Shown in pieces: positions 1 to 6,915 of a stretch of 15,630 nt of DNA. Source of the DNA: Nitrososphaera sp. (lineage in GTDB: Archaea; Thermoproteota; Nitrososphaeria; Nitrososphaerales; Nitrososphaeraceae); contig DASVCY010000226.1 in assembly GCA_036381375.1 (NCBI GenBank), forward strand, positions 1 through 15,630, written 5' to 3'. Within the stretch, counting starts at the first letter, position 1, and each line of letters begins with the position of its first letter. Made by a program: the position numbers and the translations under genes. The notes under the pieces were generated by a model that worked only from the letters and a program-made list of their open reading frames with translations, made no database searches and had not been told where the DNA came from.

Positions 1-239
1 CAAGAGTGGATAACGGGCGTGAGCTCCGATGGATGGGCAAGAGCTGGTTATTAAATGGGGAGCATATTTTCACCATTGAGCAGCTGCAGGAAGGAAAAAA
101 AGTCAAGTTTGTGCATAGAGAGGTGTTTGCCGGCCTGCTGACCGGCCTTTTTGGAAACAGCCTTGACACTGACATCAGGAAAGGCTTTGAAGAAATGAAC
201 AAAGCGCTGAAGGAAAGGGCTGAGCGCTCAAAGCCATGA
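1..239 (+). CDS. SRPBCC (polyketide cyclase/START-like) family protein, C-terminal part. The frame is open to the window edge, so the gene is probably 5'-truncated by the window.
   Basis: Frame of ORF 6..239 has no stop upstream to position 3. The pattern ELRWxG...NGEHxFxIE...KVKFVHREVFAGLL resembles the C-terminal half of SRPBCC proteins as I recall them. Confidence 0.6.
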   Translation, partial: RVDNGRELRWMGKSWLLNGEHIFTIEQLQEGKKVKFVHREVFAGLLTGLFGNSLDTDIRKGFEEMNKALKERAERSKP

Positions 240-360
240 TCTAGTAAAGAAAATAATTATTTGTGTCAAGAAAATATAGCAGAGCTACAACTTACGAAAC
301 GCAGCCAAAGGCTCAAAAGCACCATTTGGATAAAGAGATAAATCTTGGCTTGCCATCATT

Positions 361-828
361 GTGCACACGTTGGGTTCTGCGAAAGGCTCAAGACTCTTTG
401 CAAGCGATGGGGAGAATATCGCCAAACTACTTACGATAGCATTGCTATCTCTGGGAGTTATTGCAGCTTCGCTTTTTACGTATCAGCAGCTCGCTAAACC
501 TGTGACGCCGAATTTATTTTCAAAAGATGCGGCGATACAAATAGCTTTCAAAGCAGGGAAATGGGATACTGAATGGAATGAACAAAAGGCTACGGGAGAT
601 ATGCAAATATCATCTACTTTGGTTCATGTCCAAGCAAATGGATTCAGCTTGAAGGTTGATGAAAAAACCCTGCAAGATATTCCTGTGGCAGGCAGCAGAT
701 TAGAAGGATACGAAAATCAGTACATATGGATTGTAAATATTTTTGCACCTGATAACTACGGCAATAGGAGCACAGACAGCTGGATAAATGCAGAAACCGG
801 CGAGATTTTAATGCAGTATCCTAGCTGA
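361..828 (+). CDS. Hypothetical membrane-anchored protein with a PepSY-like C-terminal fold
   Basis: 155-aa ORF with GTG start. One N-terminal hydrophobic helix (LLTIALLSLGVIAASLF). C-terminal YIWIVNIF...SWINAETGEILMQY resembles the PepSY 'vdaxtGevl' ending. Confidence 0.55.
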   Translation: MHTLGSAKGSRLFASDGENIAKLLTIALLSLGVIAASLFTYQQLAKPVTPNLFSKDAAIQIAFKAGKWDTEWNEQKATGDMQISSTLVHVQANGFSLKVDEKTLQDIPVAGSRLEGYENQYIWIVNIFAPDNYGNRSTDSWINAETGEILMQYPS

Positions 829-876
829 AAGTCCTATGACCAAGCTTGCTTGTTTACATGTCAAAAATGTTGACAC

Positions 877-888
877 AATAATTATTTA
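877..888 (+). promoter_or_regulatory. TATA-box-like element AATAATTATTTA upstream of the J-domain gene
   Basis: AT-rich 12-mer. Its 3' end lies 23 nt before the in-frame GTG at 911, which fits archaeal leaderless geometry. Similar (A)ATAATTATTT elements occur at 251-262 and 1894-1903. Confidence 0.35.
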
Positions 889-889
889 G

Positions 890-1333
890 TTGTCCTTCCC
901 TTGGTACGACGTGCCGAATTACTACGACATACTCGAGGTAAGCCCAACAGCCAGCACAGAGGAAATAAAAAGGTCATTCCGGCATCTGGCGCTCAAGTAC
1001 CACCCAGACAAGAACGGCAACTCCGAGGAGTCACGGCAAAAGTTCATGAAGATAGTCGAAGCCTATGAAATCCTCTCAGACCAGCAGGCGAGGAAGAACT
1101 ATGACGACACTGCTTACAAGGTACCTAGGCGCGCTCCTGGTTGGACACCCCCAGCAGACTTTTCAACCGTCTACAGCTACGAGGAGATCAAAAGAAGGTA
1201 CAACCCGCGCGACATAAGGGGAGGCATGTGGGATATCAGCGATAAGGCTACATTTGGAATGTGGAAAGCGACGATGGTTCTTTTTGCGTGCCTTGGTGCA
1301 GTGGTGATCTATATTCTCATTGCCGGAGGCTAA
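890..1333 (+). CDS. J-domain (DnaJ-like, type III) protein with a C-terminal transmembrane anchor. The true start is possibly GTG at 911.
   Basis: NYYDILEVSPTASTEEIKRSFRHLALKYHPDKN...IVEAYEILSD contains the HPD motif. There is no Zn-finger or CTD. C-terminal hydrophobic helix MVLFACLGAVVIYILIAGG. Confidence 0.85.
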   Translation: MSFPWYDVPNYYDILEVSPTASTEEIKRSFRHLALKYHPDKNGNSEESRQKFMKIVEAYEILSDQQARKNYDDTAYKVPRRAPGWTPPADFSTVYSYEEIKRRYNPRDIRGGMWDISDKATFGMWKATMVLFACLGAVVIYILIAGG

Positions 1334-1554
1334 TGCCTGTGCCTTCTTCTGTTGCGCCTGTGCTCTTCTTCCCTTGCTTTTGCCTTGTCGTATCTGGCAT
1401 ACTTGAAGGCAAAGAATCCGCCGACAACAAAGCCAGGAGCAGAAACGATGAGCATCTGACTCTCGCCCATAGAAAGAGCTAGCAACACTGCGAGCCCTGC
1501 AGATGCAAACGAAGCGATCATTATCATCAGGATTACAGATTTTGATCCAGCCAA
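1330..1554 (-). CDS. Small two-helix membrane protein with a highly basic C-terminal tail
   Basis: 74-aa ORF with TTG start. Two hydrophobic segments, then KAKAREEEHRRNRRRHRH. TATA-like CTTATACTAT (minus strand, 1579-1588) lies about 25-30 nt upstream of the start. Its 3' end overlaps the J-domain gene by 4 nt. Confidence 0.5.
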   Translation of the reverse strand: MAGSKSVILMIMIASFASAGLAVLLALSMGESQMLIVSAPGFVVGGFFAFKYARYDKAKAREEEHRRNRRRHRH

Positions 1555-1893
1555 CTCTTCACCCGTGATCTGGAAGACGATAGTATAAGTGGTTTCCTGT
1601 CCTACAGAAGGACTGAAAGCATATGCGTCACACTAGCAAGGCTTTGCTTAAAAAGTCAAGAACCCGTGCCTAGGTAGCTGTTTGAGCGCATGAGTTAAGT
1701 CTTGCGGGTTATTATTTTTTATACAAAGCCAACTATATGAAGAGAAAGACGCCAAAGTCTACCGAGTTGCAACAGCGCGCCAACCTCCCGGCTCTTTCGA
1801 ATACGACGTGAAACCTGTCTTTGCAATACTCGCTGAAATCCTTAGGGTTATACTGTGACTTTGTTGGACATAGAGAGACCGTCTGATTGACAG

Positions 1894-1903
1894 TAATTAT
1901 TTA
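1894..1903 (+). promoter_or_regulatory. TATA-box-like element TAATTATTTA upstream of the MarR-like gene
   Basis: Lies about 25-30 nt upstream of the GTG start at 1928. Confidence 0.3.
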
Positions 1904-1927
1904 TGCAACTGAAAAGGACGCGAATCC

Positions 1928-2368
1928 GTGAACAAGTCCGAGAAACAACCCTATCTGCCGATTGGATACTGGATTAAACGAGCGGATGAGGTCTTGAACG
2001 CGAGTATTGACAAGGCTCAACAGGAGAATGGTCTTGGTCGGACAGACTGGCAGATCCTCAATTCACTGCACGAGCTTGGTTCAGCAACGACAGATGATCT
2101 CGCGAATCTGATGGCTCCCTTTGCCGATCTCCTTTCGCTGAAGGCGAGGTTAGCCAATTTGAGTCAACGAGGGTTGGTAACGGGAGAGGGCTCTGCTGCA
2201 GACAAGTATGTTCTCTCTGGGTCTGGTCAGCAGGTGTACGGGGCTGCGCTGGCATTACAGAAACAATTTAGGCAGCAAGCGATTAAAGGCGTCAGCGAAG
2301 AGGAATACGAGATCACTGTGCGCGTGCTCCAACGGATCGTCGAGAATTTGACATCGATGGCCACGTAA
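1928..2368 (+). CDS. MarR-family winged-helix transcriptional regulator
   Basis: 146 aa. The layout ...TDWQILNSLHELGSATTDDLANLM...LANLSQRGLV... is typical of a MarR wHTH core. Confidence 0.75.
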   Translation: MNKSEKQPYLPIGYWIKRADEVLNASIDKAQQENGLGRTDWQILNSLHELGSATTDDLANLMAPFADLLSLKARLANLSQRGLVTGEGSAADKYVLSGSGQQVYGAALALQKQFRQQAIKGVSEEEYEITVRVLQRIVENLTSMAT

Positions 2369-2641
2369 CGCCTTGTTTCCACCTGTCTTGCAGAAAAGGT
2401 ATCGTGATAGATCGAGGTATCGCAGACGGAGATGATTTCTGCTTGTAATCCTTTCAAGTTGCGTCTGGACTTGACATCGACGTAAACTGAGCTGTCAAGC
2501 GAGGTCGTTATGATCAGTCAACGTGGAGCGGCAAGTTAGTACCACGTCGCTAGCGATTAATATTTACAACAAGTTCTGCTGCAAACGCGGTTGCTGACAA
2601 TCACTGCTGCATCTTGGTTGTTTTTTGCTGCGCCCCTGTTG

Positions 2642-3349
2642 CTATTTAATTACCTTAGAGCGTAAAAAATGAATTCTGGTGGCAGCAGTGGTTACTGTCA
2701 AAATTCCTGCAAAAAGCACCAGCGACCCCAATGGAAATTCAGGAACTACCGTAAATTGCATGGATGCGTCTTCGCTTGTATCTAGTACGAAATTCACTGC
2801 GAGTACACTTCCCAATCTTACGATCCTGCGTATATCATCAATTGTGAGAAGTTCTACTGTGAGCTGATACAACCCATTCTCTTGTATTTGCGGGCTGCTG
2901 ATAGTAACGATGTCTGATGTGCCAGATGCCGGTGCATAGGCAACCCATGCACTCAAGAATTGTTCGCGATAGCCATTTCCTACTTCAATTCCGGCGCCAT
3001 CAGCAGCGTTGTGAGCTAGAAGAAAGGCAATCGTTCCATTTTGAGCATAAAACAGGTCTGTCATCATACGCTCGTTGTTCCGCAAGTCTGTCAGGGTGAC
3101 GACAAGACTCACATTCATTATTTTTCCATTAGTTCTATTTTCATACAGTTCTAGCTGTATCAATGACACTTCGTCTCCCTGCAAGCCCTCACGCGTGGCA
3201 TTGAGGTGTAATTGAAATGGCAGCCTTTCTTCTGGTATGTCGTAAGATTCATCTCGGAAAAAATCAACATCAGCATAGGCTGGCTCGAAAAAGAATGAAA
3301 AGGCTATGACTGGGGCAAGTAGCCATAGAATCTGCCTATTCAGAGCCAT
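2642..3349 (-). CDS. Secreted protein of unknown function with a signal peptide and a PEF-type C-terminal sorting/anchor signal
   Basis: N-terminal signal LWLLAPVIAFSFFFEPAYA|DV. C-terminus VVPEFPLGSLVLFAGILTVTTAATRIHFLRSKVIK, that is PEF, a hydrophobic helix and a basic tail. Several N-x-S/T sequons. Confidence 0.8.
   Translation of the reverse strand: MALNRQILWLLAPVIAFSFFFEPAYADVDFFRDESYDIPEERLPFQLHLNATREGLQGDEVSLIQLELYENRTNGKIMNVSLVVTLTDLRNNERMMTDLFYAQNGTIAFLLAHNAADGAGIEVGNGYREQFLSAWVAYAPASGTSDIVTISSPQIQENGLYQLTVELLTIDDIRRIVRLGSVLAVNFVLDTSEDASMQFTVVPEFPLGSLVLFAGILTVTTAATRIHFLRSKVIK
2645..2743 (-). other. PEF-CTERM-like tripartite sorting signal (PEF motif codons 2735-2743)
   Basis: PEF, a ~20-residue hydrophobic stretch and a basic cluster at the extreme C-terminus. 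This architecture matches archaeosortase/exosortase cargo signals. Confidence 0.6.
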
Positions 3350-3480
3350 TCTAGTTATCCGGGAGTAAAGAGTATCTTGTTCTTAAGAATGCTGGCAGCA
3401 GATTTAAAAACAAGATTCGATCCTTTTGTCCAACAACTGTCTTTACTGGCACTAAATTGACGTAACTCGTATATTCATGT

Positions 3481-3663
3481 GTGCATGTCCGGCACTGCGA
3501 TTCGTCAACTATAACACAGCATTACAAAAGAATCAGGGGCGGAAAAGGAAGCGACAAGATTGCCATAGTGGCAGCCGCTCGAAATATGATGCTCGCGCAA
3601 TATATGTGTCAGTTGAAGGAAGAAGGATCCTTTGGGCTGGATGGTCGAGCGGCATGCGTGTGA
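3481..3663 (+). pseudogene. IS110-family transposase, C-terminal fragment only (IS remnant)
   Basis: Residues QHYKRIRGGKGSDKIAIVAAARNMMLAQYMCQLKEEG (about 3517-3633) match the conserved tail of IS110/IS116/IS902 transposases (fYxRLxxRGKxxKvAlvAvARKLlxxxyxml). No upstream catalytic region is present. Confidence 0.45.
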
Positions 3664-3890
3664 TTGGACTCTGCTTAACTTGCACATATCTCTCTCTTCC
3701 GGGATAGGATGCCCCATAAGGTTAGCCGGGGCTCACGCAAAGCCACGGTGTGCACTGTTGGTGCGAATGAGAGTATGCTCATACCGCAAAAAGGATAACT
3801 GTATGCTGTACAAAACGGCATGGGAGTTAACGAAGTCGCTTGCACTGGTTGCGACTTTAAATAGACAAAAACTGTGCAGAGCTTTACAGA

Positions 3891-3906
3891 TTTTTCTTGC
3901 TTTTTT
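3891..3906 (+). terminator. Oligo-T tract (T5 CTTGC T6), a possible archaeal terminator for a plus-strand transcript from the IS-remnant region
   Basis: TTTTTCTTGCTTTTTT lies in a non-coding stretch about 90 nt before the atpF start. Confidence 0.2.
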
Positions 3907-3962
3907 GATGTCACTGAAATGAAATGTCAGCTGTTGATTAGGGGCATATGCGGAGAACTAAA

Positions 3963-3972
3963 GAAATAAAAA
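3963..3972 (+). promoter_or_regulatory. TATA-like element GAAATAAAAA upstream of atpF
   Basis: AT-rich box about 26-35 nt upstream of the ATG at 3998. Confidence 0.3.
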
Positions 3973-3997
3973 GGGACTGGAATTAAACGCGGATTGG

Positions 3998-4294
3998 ATG
4001 CAAATAGTCGCGATAGGCAGCCGAGTTTTTGTTACGAGTTTCCAGCTTGCCGGAGTCAAGGGAGTCAAGGTCGAAACGCCAACCGAGGCGCTTAACGAAA
4101 TCAACAAGATGGATGAAAACAGCGGAGTCGGACTGGTTCTCTTGAGCGACGACATCGGCAAGGAGATTCGCTACCAGTTGACGAGCCTGCGTGCGAAGAG
4201 GCCAATCCCGCTCATCTTTGAGCTTCCATCTCCGGGAAGCAAGAAAGAAAAAGTAGACTATCGGGCTCTGCTTAAGCAGATCTTGGGCGTCTAG
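3998..4294 (+). CDS. atpF: A/V-type ATP synthase subunit F
   Basis: 98 aa. MQIVAIGSRVFVTSFQLAGVKGV...GVGLVLLSDDIGKEIR...IPLIFELPS matches the ATP-synt_F family pattern (iaviGdxdtvxGFxLaGv ... iilite ... P.iveIP). Confidence 0.8.
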   Translation: MQIVAIGSRVFVTSFQLAGVKGVKVETPTEALNEINKMDENSGVGLVLLSDDIGKEIRYQLTSLRAKRPIPLIFELPSPGSKKEKVDYRALLKQILGV

Positions 4295-4299
4295 TTCAT

Positions 4300-4890
4300 T
4301 CAATCTAGCCAATCCGAAGGGCCGCCAAACACTCTCGAGACAGTCAGTATCTTTGCCCATTCTTCAAGCGATTCCACAATTGCACGGGAATGCTCTATGT
4401 CACTGCCCCCTGCGACCACCCCGTGGTTTTTGATCACCACCGCTCTGGCACCTTTTTTGAATTCGTTTGATACCACCTTTGCAAGCTCGGTTGAGCCAGA
4501 AGGACTGTTTGCAACAATGGCGGGCTCACCGACCACTATCTTCGCTTCTTCTATTATATGCTTAAATTTTGAAGAAATTGAAACTCCAATCGTGAAGGGG
4601 CTGTGCGTATGAACGATCGCGTTGATATCTGGTCGCGTGTTATAGATACGCCTGTGCATTTCAAGCTCTATGCTCGGTCTTTTCTTGCCGACCACTTTTC
4701 CAGTCATCAAACTCACTTTGACAAGATCAGCAGGCCGCATCTTGTAGCGTGGAACGCCTGAAGGCGTGATCCACATCCAACCGCGATTGCTGCTGCTCAC
4801 CCTGATGCTGTGATTGCCAGAGATTGAAGTAGTCAGGCCCATTGCATACAGGCTCTTGACACAATCAACAAGCTCCTGTCTGCGACTCAT
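4300..4890 (-). CDS. Class II aldolase/adducin-domain protein (fuculose-phosphate aldolase / MTRu-1-P dehydratase-like)
   Basis: Motifs SGNHSIR, ITPSGVP, VHTHSPFT and IKNHGVVAGG in canonical order. 196 aa. Confidence 0.85.
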   Translation of the reverse strand: MSRRQELVDCVKSLYAMGLTTSISGNHSIRVSSSNRGWMWITPSGVPRYKMRPADLVKVSLMTGKVVGKKRPSIELEMHRRIYNTRPDINAIVHTHSPFTIGVSISSKFKHIIEEAKIVVGEPAIVANSPSGSTELAKVVSNEFKKGARAVVIKNHGVVAGGSDIEHSRAIVESLEEWAKILTVSRVFGGPSDWLD

Positions 4891-4967
4891 GATGAGGGTT
4901 GTAAGGCATGGACTATAAGAAAATTTATTGAAAAGTTGCGCGCCAGTCCTCTTTTTTTCGGGCTGTT

Positions 4968-5536
4968 CTATTCTCGGGTTTCGTTCGCAGCAAGTTCTTC
5001 TTCTGTTCTTGCCTCCACCTTGGCCGTTACATATGTGATCTCGGCATTTTCGACATCAAATTCGTTGAATATAAACAAGTTGACAGTTCCTGCGTCCTGT
5101 AAGCTGGCAAAGGTGCCGTCGGAATCGTCGACCATGCACTGTGCTTGATCATTTCGTTCGCCTTCCAATTCAGCGATTGCGCTTTGAGCCGGAATCAATG
5201 ATTACTCTAGCGCTGCCTCTGTTTCTTCAGCAATCTGTACAAACACTGTGACAGAGTCACTTTCTTCAATCGATTCTCAACTCACAGTAAGCTTAAGCTC
5301 TATCTCTGCGTCATCAGCAACTTCCGGGATGGTTATTGTAGGGTTGAGCGAGTCGCCTCCAGTGATTTGAACTGGTGGCCCTGATATCTGTGTCCATTCA
5401 AGTGTCAGACCCTCTCTGCTTCTGGGTCAACTCCTGTTATTTCACCTTTAAGGACAACAGTATCGCCAGACTGCGCAGCAACTTTCATGCCTGCATCAAC
5501 TTGCACTTTCTCTATCGGTTCAGCTGTTGCTTGGCT
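4968..5536 (-). pseudogene. Decayed 3' extension of the upstream PKD surface-protein gene. It encodes a PKD/Ig-like repeat interrupted by stops and a frameshift.
   Basis: Reading on past the TAA at 5537-5539 in the same frame gives SQATAEPIEKVQVDAGMKVAAQSGDTVVLKGEITGVDPEAE. After a frame change near 5410-5419 it gives GLTLEWTQISGPPVQITGGDSLNPTITIPEVADDAEIELKLTVS. Then come TGA (5277-5279), ESIEESDSVTVFVQIAEETEAALE, TAA (5202-5204) and the in-frame 76-aa ORF 4968..5198. Confidence 0.55.
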
Positions 5537-6706
5537 TTACTCTTCTGTGACATTTTGCTCGTCCGGGATGCTTTCTTCCAAAGGCCCGGTTTCTAGTTCT
5601 GTAGCTGTTGTGTTTGCATTTGTCAGAGTGCCGTTATTTGTTGTTCCTTCCGAAATTTCTTCCCAATCTTCTTCGATGATCTCGGATTCTGCTACCTGTA
5701 TTACGATGCTGCTTGACGCCTTCTGGCCCTCTGCATCGGTAGCTGCGAGAGTTACATTGTATTCTCCCGCTTCCTCGAAAGTATGGACAACATTCTGACC
5801 TTCTACTTGGCTAGGATTGTTATCGTCAAAGTCCCAACTGATGGAGTAAGGCTCTGTACCTCCTGTGAAATTGGCTTCAAATTCAAAGGTTGCCGGCGCA
5901 ACTCCTTCTGTGCCGTTCGAAATAACCTCCGCTGCAAGTGGATCGACCGCCAGTTGTCCTGCAACTGTTGCAAGCGGATCTTCTGCGGGTTGGTCGTCAT
6001 AGACTACGCCCTTAATGTATATGACCTCTTTCTCGTTTCCGTTTCCTGAAAGTTCAAAAGCAAAAGGATGAGTGATATCTCTTAGATCAGCGGCTGTCAG
6101 ATCGACTTCATACTTTTTCCAGTCGTCGTCAAGGGTTAGTTCTCGAGTCGTCAGCGCAAAACGCTCAGTCGTAAAGATCCCCTCTGATGCCCGCCCATCT
6201 GACGATCGTCCAAGCCTTTCCTGAACTCTGTCCTGGATCCTATCTAGACTCTTGCCCGCAAGCTTGAATCTGATTCTCTCGCCACCTTCTTCGCCCATTA
6301 CCCAGAATTGGGCCTTTCTGGCGTTTGAAAGGTCAAGCCCGGTCAAGTCCTGGTAGGCAAAGCCTGCAATTCCTCTTGATCCTGGAGTATATTCTACTCG
6401 GGTGCAGAACTCGCAGTGGTTCTCCGGATCGACAAAGTTTTCGTCAACTTTGAAAAAACGCGATCCCGCAGCGGCAGCATCTCCTGCCATCAGCTTTTCT
6501 GCGAAACGATCTCTGATCATAAGCGGAAGTGTCTGGGCTTCTGCATCTTGCGCCTGAACTTTATTGACGCTGTTGTTACTCTGCTTTGGAATAATGATGT
6601 CGATGATAGAAAAAGGAGCGGTCAGTATGAGGGAACCAGCTAAAACAGCAACAAGGGAAATGGAGAGAATGGCTGGAGGGATCCTCACGGCGATATACAG
6701 TTCCAA
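5537..6706 (-). CDS. Membrane-anchored surface protein: N-terminal TM helix, CBM-like beta-sandwich region, one PKD domain and an acidic tail. The start is possibly GTG at 6688.
   Basis: PKD signature YSISWDFDDNNPSQVEGQNVVHTFEEAGEYNVTLAATDAEGQKASSSIVIQV. N-terminal hydrophobic helix. A minus-strand TATA-like CCAATAAATACAAA (6709-6722) fits a start at 6688 better than the TTG at 6706. Confidence 0.8.
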   Translation of the reverse strand: MELYIAVRIPPAILSISLVAVLAGSLILTAPFSIIDIIIPKQSNNSVNKVQAQDAEAQTLPLMIRDRFAEKLMAGDAAAAGSRFFKVDENFVDPENHCEFCTRVEYTPGSRGIAGFAYQDLTGLDLSNARKAQFWVMGEEGGERIRFKLAGKSLDRIQDRVQERLGRSSDGRASEGIFTTERFALTTRELTLDDDWKKYEVDLTAADLRDITHPFAFELSGNGNEKEVIYIKGVVYDDQPAEDPLATVAGQLAVDPLAAEVISNGTEGVAPATFEFEANFTGGTEPYSISWDFDDNNPSQVEGQNVVHTFEEAGEYNVTLAATDAEGQKASSSIVIQVAESEIIEEDWEEISEGTTNNGTLTNANTTATELETGPLEESIPDEQNVTEE

Positions 6707-6809
6707 ACTTTGTATTTATTGGTTAGTCAAACATGGCAAGAGTCTATATATAATTTTAAATTGAAACAATTGTATTCGGTTCGAACTCGGTCGAAAGTTT
6801 TGGTATCTC

Positions 6810-6817
6810 TTTTATAC
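6810..6817 (+). promoter_or_regulatory. TATA-like element TTTTATAC upstream of the oxidase gene
   Basis: Centred about 25 nt upstream of the GTG at 6838, giving leaderless geometry. It lies in the 131-bp divergent intergenic region shared with the PKD protein gene. Confidence 0.35.
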
Positions 6818-6837
6818 GAAACGCGTTCGTTATTGTT

Positions 6838-6915
6838 GTGACAGTAACTCGGCGCGAGTTCTTAAAGTTAATGGGCGCAAGCGCAGGTGCCCTGATTCTT
6901 GGAAGCATCGCCGGT
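6838..6915 (+). other. Twin-arginine (Tat) signal peptide
   Basis: MTVTRREFLKLMGASAGALILGSIAG: the S/T-R-R-x-F-L-K consensus followed by a hydrophobic h-region. Confidence 0.75.

Noticed and set aside
1261-1482. 73-aa plus-strand ORF overlapping the 3' end of the J-domain gene
   Set aside because: It is out of frame with the J-protein, Cys/Pro-rich and not protein-like. The minus-strand alternative gives a coherent two-helix membrane protein with a well-spaced TATA box.
2227-2457. 76-aa minus-strand ORF overlapping the MarR gene end and the downstream spacer
   Set aside because: It mostly overlaps a well-supported CDS, is Cys-rich, and has no motifs.
2576-2632. Direct repeats CTGCTGCA (2576-2583, 2604-2611) and a T6 tract (2621-2626) downstream of the MarR gene
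   Set aside because: The repeats are only 8-mers in a short spacer. They could be part of a terminator region, but nothing distinguishes them from chance.
3632-3700. tRNA-like string GGATGGTCGAGCGG, resembling the D-arm of class II tRNAs
   Set aside because: I could not build an acceptor stem, an anticodon arm or a T-loop (GTTCRANYC-like) around it, so there is no cloverleaf.
3983-4360. 125-aa minus-strand ORF overlapping atpF
   Set aside because: The plus-strand product matches ATP synthase subunit F along its full length. The antisense ORF also runs into the aldolase 3' end and has no motif support.
5202-5539. In-frame TAA/TGA/TAA stops as programmed recoding (selenocysteine, pyrrolysine or readthrough)
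   Set aside because: Two of the three stops are TAA, which is not a known recoding codon. A frameshift is also needed, and there is no SECIS-like context. Gene decay is the simpler explanation.
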